Origin: Piedraia hortae CBS 480.64
Lineage: Eukaryota
Direction of reading: 5' to 3'
Assembly: GCA_010093745.1 (NCBI GenBank)
Contig: MU005990.1
Span: 62,001-126,000, forward strand
Length of the DNA: 64,000 nucleotides
Shown: piece after piece, positions 25,064-35,420 of the stretch
Numbering within the stretch: position 1 is the first letter of the stretch
Layout: each line of letters opens with the position of its first letter
Program-made: the position numbers and the translations under genes
The notes under the pieces: model-generated
Seen by the model: the letters and a program-made list of their open reading frames with translations, nothing else
What the model was told of the DNA's origin: nothing
The model's database searches: none

Positions 25064-26299
25064 CACATAGCCCAGTTCAGGGATTTCATAAACGTAGCAT
25101 TCTCAAAATTTAAACGTAACCTTTCCCAATATAGACTTCTCGGCTATTCCCCGGAGCGGAGGGTGCCACCCACTGTGATAACGTACGTACATCTCCAATA
25201 TCTCTCTCCCACTCGAACCTCCCTTCTATCCTCCTGCCTTCGGCCCATTCCTCCACGGTCCGTTCCGGCCCTTCCAGACACTGTCATACGTCACACCTGT
25301 CACAAATCTCACGCCACTACGATGAAGAAGGCGCCTTAGGACAGCAGATTATTCCTCTTCGCGCTCTTGGACTCCGGGGAACACAGTTCATTAACCCTAT
25401 GCAAACCACTCGGCTACTCTACTGAGCTAATCCAAGAGAGACTGACCTTCGCGGTCCCCTATTATTTCGTTATGGCCCTCTCCCCCTTCCTACTATCTCT
25501 GAAGTGGGTAGTCCTAGGCAGCTGGCTGTCGCGGCTGGATCATGGACATGAAGCTCCTTGCCCATGCATAATAGGGCTGAATTGTTGTCGTATAGCTATC
25601 ATCTGGAATACTTGTTCCTGCATCAATGAAAATGCTTGTGCAGTCTCGTTCGCTAACGGCTGCGAAGCTGATAATTCTGCCTTATACTCGTACGGTTATT
25701 GCCGATGTCGTTGGTGGCATGGGCGTTCCATCGATCCTAATGCCTCTGAGGCTTGCCAAGATGAATTGTAGCCCAGGTCATAGGTTAATAAGGTCATTAT
25801 GGGGTCATAAAACGTAAGAGGGGTCACTGTGCCGATTGGGAATAATGGGCGCGAGTAATTCCGCCCTGGGATGTTTATCCTGGGGGTCTGGGATATGTAA
25901 CATTCCCCCGTTTTACGAGGAACTTATTTGTTGCCCTAGGGACCAAATTAGACCAAACGAAGGTATCTTAGCTAGCGACAAATGGTGATATCTTGCAAAA
26001 TATTGTGGAATTGAGTCTAAGACGACCCGACCTCAAATGAATTCCCATGACTCGGCCCAAATTGTCTGGAAAGAAGACCAAGATTAGCTAGGCGGAAAAA
26101 TGCTTACTTTTCCCGTCCCGCCAAGCAATACGAGGTCATTGATTACAGTGCGTAGCCTCTGCTGCGAATTGAAAGTCAAGAAAATATGTTTAGCGTGTTG
26201 CAGGCAAGTTCTGCTTCCATTTGTAATTGGGTTAATGACCGTAATTACATATAACAATCGTCATTGCCCCGACGTTAGGGGTTAGTCAGGGGGTTCCAA

Positions 26300-28113
26300 T
26301 TCAACTCAACCCCTTTCCTTCACCACTCCCTTTCCAGGACGGTTTCGCGGCCAGCTGCGAAGTGTAAAGCTCGGCAGGATAATGGTACATCTCCGGAATA
26401 AATGGCCTGTCCTCGGAGACGAGACAAACAAAGCAAATGCGACCAGCAGTACCAGCAAGGCAGAACTCAGAGCAGTTATGGATCAGCAAAATAGAATCAA
26501 TCATACCCCTGGCTTATTCATTACTTACAAGGTATAAAGATACACTTCTGCACAGGCTTTTCATCGGAGTATCCAGTAGAGTGCCTTGTTCAGACCTTTT
26601 GAAACGCATTTTCGTCCTAAGATTCGTGACTAATACACATGGAAAATGATCACTGACGTTTCGACATACCTTGTTCCCGGCACTTGCGAGGACTATTCGA
26701 CACGCTGTGCTAATTCGAAGTTGATAGGCCAGCAAATTTCAGACAAAGCAGTAACAAGATGACAGAAGGTATCATCTGGAAAGGATACTCAGTCGAACGT
26801 ACAGTACACTGTTGCTACGACCGAAGCTCAGGCAGGTACTGCAAATTTGCGAGAACTTCTCCACGTTCCCGAATATACTACGTGGAAGGTGATACGCACA
26901 TATACGTAGCTTTTGGTCTTGTAGGACCTTACCTCTGATTGTGAGGACCATCATTGACGAAGAATTCATAACCACCCAAGTGTGTCCCGAGTGTGACCAA
27001 TGTGAGGATTGAGAATTCAGACCGGAAATCAATCATACAAACGCATAATGTCGCTACAACGCCTTGCTTGGGAAATATTCGCGAGCTGTGGACCGTAGCA
27101 GGTTGGGGGAAAGGTTCAGTGCGTCCACTGCACAGAATTCGATTGATTTGTTGTCACAAACTACTTGCAAAAACTTCAAGTTTTTTGAATCCTTTCACTA
27201 CCGAAAGTATCTGTGCACACAGATATGCAGGACGTGATTGTGGACCGGCGTGGGTACTTTGTCAACGAACCGCTACCTTTGGTCACAACGTTCTGTCCTG
27301 TTTGACCACTCGTGGAAAAATCCCGTGAGGGGTGGGGCATTTGAAAAGGGAGGACTTACGTTATACTGGTGGTCTGCGGGGTTTGCAATGAAAGAGAATG
27401 TGTTCTCGTTCGAAACATATACCAGGACAATACAAGCTGATGTGAAAGGTCACTCGCGTAACTATATTTGGAATGTCGAGTGCGGTAAATGTGACTCACT
27501 ATATATTTCGAGGATTCTCTTCTTTCAATCTGCTTTGAAATATTGGGTACATGTGTCCTTCTGCATGAGTAGTCGCCGAAATTCATCGTCATGTTTAGCC
27601 TTCACAAAATCCTTCCGTGGTGTGCACGACTCAGACCTGACATGTATTGGAATATTTCTGGGAAATCCCCCACTGCATGCATTGTTCTATCGATCGGTGT
27701 TTTGTCTTACTGGAACGGGGAGGCCGTCGAATTCTTACATGCTCTCTTATGTTGGGCATCGCCGAGCAACGTTCCGGATGGCGTTGGCACGTCGGTAGCT
27801 AACATCGTAGAAAATATTTCATTCAGAATACATTTTTCCAAGCTCACCACATCGCTTTTAATTGCATTCATTATCATGCAGGTTATTAGAATGAATGGCA
27901 CACCTCATATTAATATTCAGTGGAAGGGTGTAACCCCATCCGCTTGCATAGGTGCCGAAGAAACAAACAGTCCTTTGAAATAAATCGAATACTCGGAAAG
28001 ATTACAGTTTTCAAGCATGTTATGTGCCCATCAAAGTATTGTGACAAGATATATCCAAACAACTGCAATGATAGTGTCAAGGGACCATTGGTCGAAGCAA
28101 GACTCTCAGACAT
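26300..28113 (-). pseudogene. Heavily decayed coding remnant, possibly F-box/LRR-like
   Basis: The N-terminus (LTLSLQLFGYILSQYFD) resembles an F-box start. Leu-rich fragments (EVLANLQYLPELRS) are scattered across frames with many stops. Confidence 0.3.
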
Positions 28114-28546
28114 GTGAATGTATGGGCCACAGATGGCTGGGGCCCACGTTCAAAGCACCTGAGCCCGTCATAATTTCTACAGTATCAGTATAGCGGCACA
28201 AGCCCAACTTAAGTGTATCGCTAGAACATGAATTAACAATTTTTCATGCAAGATGTCCACCGTAAATTACCAAGAAGATAACTCGAAACAGCGTATACTA
28301 TATCACTTCGCTTGGTTGCCAGAGCGCGGAAACGCCAAGTCAGGCAACTACAAATCGGCTCTTTGCACGCACGATCAGCTCAAGGCCTTTCAAATCATGC
28401 ACCTCTACCCTAGGGGCTGTGGCGCGCTTATTGATGATTTTTTGGAGATCAAAAGGCACTGAAAAGCTGAAATAAAATTCTACGAAGTCCACCTAACCTT
28501 GTAACCCGGGTAGTTCACCATCCACCTTTAGCATGACTCATACACG

Positions 28547-29053
28547 TTACTTCATGGCATACAGTCTTGTCCATTCCCTGGCCGTGGCAATTGCCTCGTC
28601 CTGGTTCTCTTTCCATTGCTTAGCTACAGCTTCATTGAGCGGATCCTCGGGGTTTGGTGCTCCCAGAAGAGCCTGTATGCTCAACAAAATGGTGCGGATC
28701 TGCAAAGCTGGCGACCAATTGTTCTTCAGCACGTCAAGACAGATGCGTCCGAGGCGGTCAATGTTTGGATGGTAGATCTTAGTCAAAAACCGTATTTTTG
28801 GCGGGCACATGGGATAATCATCCGGCAAGAATAATTCAAGACTGAAGACACCACCTTTTTATCATTAGCGGAGTCCGTCTCTATGAACGTGGTCCCACTT
28901 ACCCTCATAGCAACTACCAGCGGGCCCCTCGACTATGACATCAAAGTAGCGTGCGTTATCGTCGTGTGGCTGCGCTGATATTCCCGGAACGGGCTCGGTG
29001 TGCAGGCGTTCGGTTTCCTTGATGATTCTCTTTGGCAGCGGAACAGACGCCAT
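28547..29053 (-). CDS. UBC13: Ubiquitin-conjugating enzyme E2 Ubc13; intron 28855-28902
   Basis: [56 protein letters not shown]. Confidence 0.97.
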
Positions 29054-29147
29054 GCTGTGGAGAAGCAGAAGTGTTCAGTAATATTACGGGGTTCGGAAGC
29101 AAAGACCTGAAAAGATCGGGGACGTCTACACTGTTACCAAATGGTGT

Positions 29148-32036
29148 TTGCACGATGGGGAGTGCCCCACCAACGACCAACGACGTCAATGTGCTCATTG
29201 CGGCCGGTTACTCCCACTAGCGCCGGTCAGTCCCGTCGAAACCATCACCAGCAACTTCCTCTTGTGGCACGCTCGAGTAATGCACCACGTTGAACCCTGG
29301 GATAGGCCGACGTTGATAAGAATAAGCAATTCCAGATATGTTGCACAAACTAGTTATGATCAAGTCTACATCCGGCGTCTACGTGATAATAAAAGCCTAA
29401 CTCTTGTTGGAACCGGACGAGCTATCACCTGTCTTGCATGGTTTCGCAAGGATGCCGATGAGATCGCAGCAGGCACAGTCGATGGCAGAATATGCATCTG
29501 GAGCCTCAACAGTCCTCTGCGGCCCCTGCATCGTCTGCCTCCTTTAGGAGCTGCGTGTCACGCTATAAGACCGAGCGTCGCCGGTGATGCTGATGTGTTG
29601 GCCTCGGCTCATGAGGGTGGCACAATTGCCATTTGGGCTTTCAAAGAACGAGAAACGTGTTCGGTGAAGCTGATAGCTTTCTCGTCCTCAGTTAGTAGCA
29701 TCTCCTGGCACCAAATAGTTCCAGGAAGACTGCTGACAAGCAGATATAGTGGGGCTATCAAGGTTTGGGATGTTGACAGCACGCAAGATAAAGAAGTATT
29801 TTCTACAGGAGATGAATCTGATTCGCTCCACGACGTTGAGATTGTGCAAGTGACACAATCTATCGCCACTCTGCCCCAAGATGACAATGTACAGGACGCA
29901 GTGTGGTTTGGGGCCTATGGAGCAGCCGTACTGACGGAGGGTGGCAGAGTTGTCATTATCTACAGCTTTGGAGCTGCTTGGAACATCACGCAGGAAGTCT
30001 GGAAACTGAGGCTGGACCACGCAGCCAACGCACTTCATTTTACTCAACTGCAAGACTCATGCATGCTCAACGCTTCATCACAGTTGTATCCTCAAACGAT
30101 CTCAATACCTGCCATTGTTGTGGACAAAGTTGGCGGACTTGTACGAGCATCATACACCGACGATGCTGCTGATCAGCCCGGTATATGCCCAACAGCGATT
30201 GCAGGGTGCCGTATGCGACCATTACCCATTGAACCAGACCCCTTTCGAAGCGCCAGTAGCTTCTCTACTATACATTCCAATATCTCCTCTGATTTTCTTA
30301 ATACCAACCAGGCATTTGGCTCGCCTCCAGTTTCACCTTTTACCAAAGGCAACAGTCGCGTCGTTTTGACTGAAATGGATTTCAGTGATAGTGATTCAGA
30401 CGATGAAGGGTTTAGCAATACGACGCAAGGAAGCGGCATCTTCTTACCAGGAGGGCTTAATGTGCCGCTGCCCAAAGGTTGTGGTGCACTTTTTGCGCCC
30501 ACGGGGCAACTCTTAACGTTCTTTGCAACAAAGCCTCGCCCCCCCGTGATTGATTTTGCAGCAGCACGAAGAAGGCCCGTGGCCAGGAAAATCTTAAGAC
30601 TTTTTCCGGATTTTGGCAACTTATCCAACGAAGTAGATTCCGCTGATGAGGAGATGCATTCAGATAGCACAAATTCGATCACGTGTGATCAGCCAGCTGA
30701 AGAATGGAAGATGCCACCGCCTCGGAATGTGGTGGGTGAGCCACCACACCGACACGCCGTTGTTGTTCGAGATTACGCACTCACAGCTGCATCGTATCCG
30801 TCGCGACTGGTTGCAAAAAGCTACCGGTTATTTTGTCTGAGTAAAGAGACAGTGAGTGGCCTTTGTATGTACAATGCTGCAGTTGCAGACCAGGCATCCC
30901 GTGAGGATACAGCCGAAATCTGGAGGGTGGCTGCGCTTGTCCTTGCCGATGCACATGCCCGTGATTACAAAATGAGTACTGCGAAGAGTGAGCAAGCCAA
31001 GGTCCAGTGGGGTAATCATCCGCTTGGACGAAGCTGGCTCGTGGGAGAGCTGTTACATTGGGCGAAAAATCGGGCTGATGTGCAACTACTGGCGTATCTT
31101 ACCGCAGTTTTATCGCTAGCTGATGACCCGAAGACAAAAGGGTTGAAGGCAAGCATAAAGCCAAGGCAAGGCAGAGTAACTGACAACATCGTCATTGCCT
31201 CTCCATCGCCAACGAAGCTCGCACAATATACTTCAGGGGTATCACGCTGGACAGAGTCCACGTCAAGCACACCAGCAATTCTACAATCTAGGCGCACTAG
31301 CAAGACGACTGGATCCGGCAGCCCAGAATATTCAAGAGGCAGTTTCAGCGCGACAGCGCGAAGATATGCCCAAAACATCACTGACAAATTGCCCTCTCAT
31401 GATGCTTTGACGTCTTACGTGAGGAAAATCGGCGGCAGTTCGGCCTCGAATGAGCCTTTCTTCAATTTACCACATACGACAGAAGGCTGGAATAAGACCG
31501 TATCATTTGCGGACGATCCCAAGTCACATCGTGAGGAAAAAGGCACCGAAGTGCCTGGCGAGGTGCGCTGCCGCTTGCTCAACGTCGAGGCCTTTTCCAC
31601 TACGTCCAACTTCATGCCAGAGAGTATGGAAATGGAAGCGGAGTCTTGGAGGGGACACTATGCGGAGCAGCTCAGATGTTGGGAACTTTGGACACAGGCG
31701 TCAGAGCTTGACCAGCAAAGTTCAAGAGCTATTGTCGATTTCCAAGAAGAAGTTTATGGCGTGGAGGCCCTATCACCAAGTAAAACAACATGTAGTGTGT
31801 GTTGGTGCGTCATTCTTGGTTTGGCTCAATTCTGCCCGGCTTGCCTACATACCATGCATTTCGAATGTGCGCAGGTGTATTTCGTGGACGCACTCGAATG
31901 CGCGACCGGATGCGGTTGCTACTGTGCATGTCTAGAATTAAAGGAAGCACCCATTAACAACGTACACAAGCACCGGCAACTCAGCTACACAGATCCCCGA
32001 CGCTGGCGAGCTAAAATGGAGGGAAATTCGTGGTAG
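29148..32036 (+). CDS. MTC5: SEACAT/GATOR2 subunit Mtc5/Sea3 (WDR59-like); start uncertain (first in-frame ATG 29280)
   Basis: N-terminal WD40 repeats, NVPLPKGCGALF..TGQLLTFF, WGNHPLGRSWLV, ADVQLLA, YAEQLRCW and a C-terminal RING (CSVC...CPACLH.MH.EC...CATGCGCYC). Confidence 0.82.
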   Translation: MHDGECPTNDQRRQCAHCGRLLPLAPVSPVETITSNFLLWHARVMHHVEPWDRPTLIRISNSRYVAQTSYDQVYIRRLRDNKSLTLVGTGRAITCLAWFRKDADEIAAGTVDGRICIWSLNSPLRPLHRLPPLGAACHAIRPSVAGDADVLASAHEGGTIAIWAFKERETCSVKLIAFSSSVSSISWHQIVPGRLLTSRYSGAIKVWDVDSTQDKEVFSTGDESDSLHDVEIVQVTQSIATLPQDDNVQDAVWFGAYGAAVLTEGGRVVIIYSFGAAWNITQEVWKLRLDHAANALHFTQLQDSCMLNASSQLYPQTISIPAIVVDKVGGLVRASYTDDAADQPGICPTAIAGCRMRPLPIEPDPFRSASSFSTIHSNISSDFLNTNQAFGSPPVSPFTKGNSRVVLTEMDFSDSDSDDEGFSNTTQGSGIFLPGGLNVPLPKGCGALFAPTGQLLTFFATKPRPPVIDFAAARRRPVARKILRLFPDFGNLSNEVDSADEEMHSDSTNSITCDQPAEEWKMPPPRNVVGEPPHRHAVVVRDYALTAASYPSRLVAKSYRLFCLSKETVSGLCMYNAAVADQASREDTAEIWRVAALVLADAHARDYKMSTAKSEQAKVQWGNHPLGRSWLVGELLHWAKNRADVQLLAYLTAVLSLADDPKTKGLKASIKPRQGRVTDNIVIASPSPTKLAQYTSGVSRWTESTSSTPAILQSRRTSKTTGSGSPEYSRGSFSATARRYAQNITDKLPSHDALTSYVRKIGGSSASNEPFFNLPHTTEGWNKTVSFADDPKSHREEKGTEVPGEVRCRLLNVEAFSTTSNFMPESMEMEAESWRGHYAEQLRCWELWTQASELDQQSSRAIVDFQEEVYGVEALSPSKTTCSVCWCVILGLAQFCPACLHTMHFECAQVYFVDALECATGCGCYCACLELKEAPINNVHKHRQLSYTDPRRWRAKMEGNSW

Positions 32037-32322
32037 TACTTAATCATGTACCTTGTTCGATGACACATTCTAGACGTGCAGAGCAAAACCTTCCCAAAGC
32101 TCGGATGGGTCACCAAACCAGGTTTGTTTTAGGTGGCGGTGTAAAGCTCGGCCCCGCGCGCCGGGGTAGCAAGCACGTGGTCGCCAAACCGAGAAAGGGT
32201 GCGGTTTGGGAACGCTAGTCCCAGTCGGGACAGGAGCACTCCATCTCATCACCAACGCCGTGTAGTTGACAGAATGGAAGCACACAGTGACTGCAACATT
32301 AAACTTTAAAGAGATGCTCGAC

Positions 32323-33702
32323 ATGGGGCTCATACAAAAACTGTCACCTGAAGCTGGCGTGGTAATTGGCGTCATCGTCGGTTTGCTGTCAACATGCATT
32401 CAGTCAGTGGGCATGACGATGCAACGTAAATCGCATGTACTGGAAGGAGATCGAGCAGGACGGAATGAACGACCAGCGTGGAAAAGACGGCGATGGCAGA
32501 TTGGCATGTTACTGTTCCTTGTGGCTAACGTGGTGGGAAGCAGCATTCAGATTACCATGCTCCCCCTGCCACTGCTTAGCACGTTACAGGCGTCCGGATT
32601 GGTGTTCAACAGCGTACTTGCAAGTCTGCTGCTGCACGAAAAATGGACTTGGCGAACAACTTACGGCACGGGCTTGGTTGCCATAGGAGCCGTCCTTATC
32701 AGCCTATTTTCCGCAATACCCGAGCGAAGTCACGATCTGGAGCAATTAATGGACCTGCTTTCACGGCGAACTTTTTTGATCTGGTTTATCTTATCCCTGA
32801 TCCTGGTAGCTATATTGCTGGTGACGGACCTGACCCTTCGAATGGTTGTAGAAGGAGCAGAGACAGAACGCACATATTGCATCCGCGGTATGGGCTACGG
32901 AGCCATCTCTGGAATTCTCTCTGCACATGCCCTTTTGCTGGCCAAAAGCGCCGTGGAGCTACTGGTGCGCAGCATTGCCGATGGCAAGAGCCAATTCCAC
33001 GACTACCGTTCATGGCTCATCCCCGTCGCTTTCCTGGTACTGGCCCTTTCGCAGCTTTACTACTTGCATCTGGGTCTACGCTTAATATCCACAAGCCTTC
33101 TCTACCCCTTTGTGTTTTGCGTCTACAATGTTGTTGCTATCTTGGATGGACTGATATATTTTCGACAAGCTAGTCAGTTGCCAGTATCACATGCGGTACT
33201 GATTGCTGTTGGCACTATTATCTTGCTGTCTGGCGTTTTGGCGTTAAGCTGGCGATTGCAGGAGGCGGGAGAAGAGATTCCGCAGACAGTTTTGACCCCA
33301 GGACTTGGATTCATTGGAGACCAAAGCGAAGACGACTCTGAGGATCAAACGGAGACAGACGAGGAAGCTGGCGAGATTAGGCCGCTACTGAGGCATACAA
33401 CCAGCAGCGCAACATCGCAGACAATCAAACGACGCCGCGGACGAGCGTCAACGCTGAAGGAGGTGATAAATCTGTGGAATGGCGACCACGAGGAGGCTGC
33501 GGTGGATGACGCGAACGGTGAGGCGGATGATGCGAACGGTGAGGCGGACGCCGAGGCGCGCACGTCAACCTCGTGCAGGTCTCGCAGCGGACGGCGGTGG
33601 CGGCGACGGAGCACGCATCAAGGGGCGTTGTTCAGCGAACTACTCAAGGCCAACTGGTGGCGAGAGGGTGAGGGTGATGGTGACACAAGGCAAGGGCGAT
33701 GA
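32323..33702 (+). CDS. NIPA-family (DMT superfamily) Mg2+ transporter-like membrane protein
   Basis: QSVGMTMQRKSH, RRRWQIGM, LPLPLLSTLQASGLVFN, LLAKSAVELL and about 9 hydrophobic segments. 21-bp duplication (DDANGEA x2) at ~33505-33546. Confidence 0.88.
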   Translation: MGLIQKLSPEAGVVIGVIVGLLSTCIQSVGMTMQRKSHVLEGDRAGRNERPAWKRRRWQIGMLLFLVANVVGSSIQITMLPLPLLSTLQASGLVFNSVLASLLLHEKWTWRTTYGTGLVAIGAVLISLFSAIPERSHDLEQLMDLLSRRTFLIWFILSLILVAILLVTDLTLRMVVEGAETERTYCIRGMGYGAISGILSAHALLLAKSAVELLVRSIADGKSQFHDYRSWLIPVAFLVLALSQLYYLHLGLRLISTSLLYPFVFCVYNVVAILDGLIYFRQASQLPVSHAVLIAVGTIILLSGVLALSWRLQEAGEEIPQTVLTPGLGFIGDQSEDDSEDQTETDEEAGEIRPLLRHTTSSATSQTIKRRRGRASTLKEVINLWNGDHEEAAVDDANGEADDANGEADAEARTSTSCRSRSGRRWRRRSTHQGALFSELLKANWWREGEGDGDTRQGR

Positions 33703-33921
33703 TGGATATCCTACGATGACTAAAACAGCATTTCCACCAAGGGACGATTGGGGTGCTCCACCAAAAAAGGAACGCCACAAGCCGAACACGTGCGGGGCCT
33801 CAGATCAACACCCTCACGCTGGCCTCTTTCCTGGATCACATTGTTTTTCTTTATCATACCGCGCAAGAGATGAACTCGAACAGAAACTAGCGCCGGTGTG
33901 CCCGAGACCCCCTTGCCGGAT

Positions 33922-33966
33922 ATCACGTGCTGCATCACGTGGGTACATCGGAAAAAATCACGTGGG
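33922..33966 (+). promoter_or_regulatory. Triple ATCACGTG E-box cluster upstream of the C2H2 TF gene
   Basis: ATCACGTG at 33922, 33934 and 33957; the last two are followed by GG. Confidence 0.6.
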
Positions 33967-34306
33967 TCGGAGCTCGGGCCCAGCACCGGCGACATCGGAG
34001 GCTAACCGCTTTGAGCCCAGATCCGGGGAAGGTGATTGGTGACAGGCGGGGCGGGCCGGTCCAAATCTCCCTTCGGCCGACCCGCGTTTTTGGAATCGCG
34101 CGCATGAAGGCTGCAGGCAGGTCGCCACCGCTCCGGGCCCTAATCCTTCCCAAATCTCGCCTGCGCCAACCCAATCCATCCACACCCTCGGCCTGCGCCC
34201 CGCCCGCTCGGTTGCGCGGCGCTCGCCTCAAAGTACAAAGGGTGCCGGGACCCAGGCTGCCGGGTTGACAGGAGAATCACTGGCATATTTTTGACGCTGC
34301 GTCTCT

Positions 34307-35420
34307 ATGCTCTCACACGAGCCGCTCAGCTTCTCCGACCGTCGGCCCAATGCGCCTTCCTTTGAGCTGCCGCCCCCGTCGCTGGCCTACCCGTCCACCA
34401 ACAAATACGGCGGCATCGCCCCCACGCCCACGTCGCAGGCCCTGACATCGGTGGGAAACCTTCTCACGCCGCCCCAGGCCTCGCACGACGCGCTGTCGTC
34501 CACGGCCGCGCTCGCCCACGGTTCCGCCATGTGGCCGTCCGCGCCTTCCAACAGCGGCTCGTCTTACTCGACCTTCCACCCCAACTCTGCATCGTTTGCG
34601 CAGCGACCGTTATATTCGCCGTCTCTGCGCACATCCCCGCCACCGCCACCGCCACAACCCTATGATCTACCTCCATATGCCACGTCGCTGTCGCTGTCCA
34701 TGCCAGCTATGCAGTCGCTGGCGTCGCAGCAAATGCCTGGTCATATGACGTCGTCAACCTCGCAGCCGTCGCCGCCCACCGCCTTTGCGCGGGCACCGCC
34801 GACACCAAACTACTACCCACAATCGTCTACTCATCATCATCACTTCCACAATGCCGGTGCCCCGCGCAGTCCGCCTAAGATGTCGCCTACGCCCCTCTAC
34901 AACCAGGCGCATTATTCGCCGCAACGGGCGCCGTCATACCCCTCATATCCGATGCTTGGCGCCCACGTCCTCTCCCAACTGCCCAATCAGCATGGGCCAA
35001 CCGCCTTTTACGGTGGAGTTCCTGGTGGAGTCCCTAGCGTCATGCCCAGCTTTCATCCGGAGCAGCAGCATATGCCCCATATCTATGGCGCACCTCAGAG
35101 CAATCCGCAGAACGAGCGACCGTTTCGTTGCGACCAATGTCCACAAAGCTTTAATCGCAACCACGACTTGAAGCGACACAAGCGCATACATCTTGCGGTG
35201 AAGCCGTTTCCCTGTGGGCACTGCGATAAGAGTTTCTCGCGCAAGGATGCATTAAAGGTAACCAACCCGATCAAAACAGTTTTCAGCTATTATCTAACAC
35301 GTTTCACAGCGACATGTCCTCGTCAAAGGTTGTGGAAAGTCCTCTAATCACGCAACTATCAAAGATTCGAGCAACAATTCACCCGGTTCACGAACACGAT
35401 CGACACCCGTTGGCACATGA
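34307..35420 (+). CDS. C2H2 zinc-finger transcription factor; intron 35258-35309
   Basis: P/S-rich N-terminus, then RPFRCDQCPQSFNRNHDLKRHKRIHLAVKPFPCGHCDKSFSRKDALK|RHVLVKGC. Confidence 0.93.

Noticed and set aside
27238..27983. 186-aa and 130-aa plus-strand ORFs
   Set aside because: Non-ATG or featureless; more likely antisense shadows of a decayed minus-strand gene.
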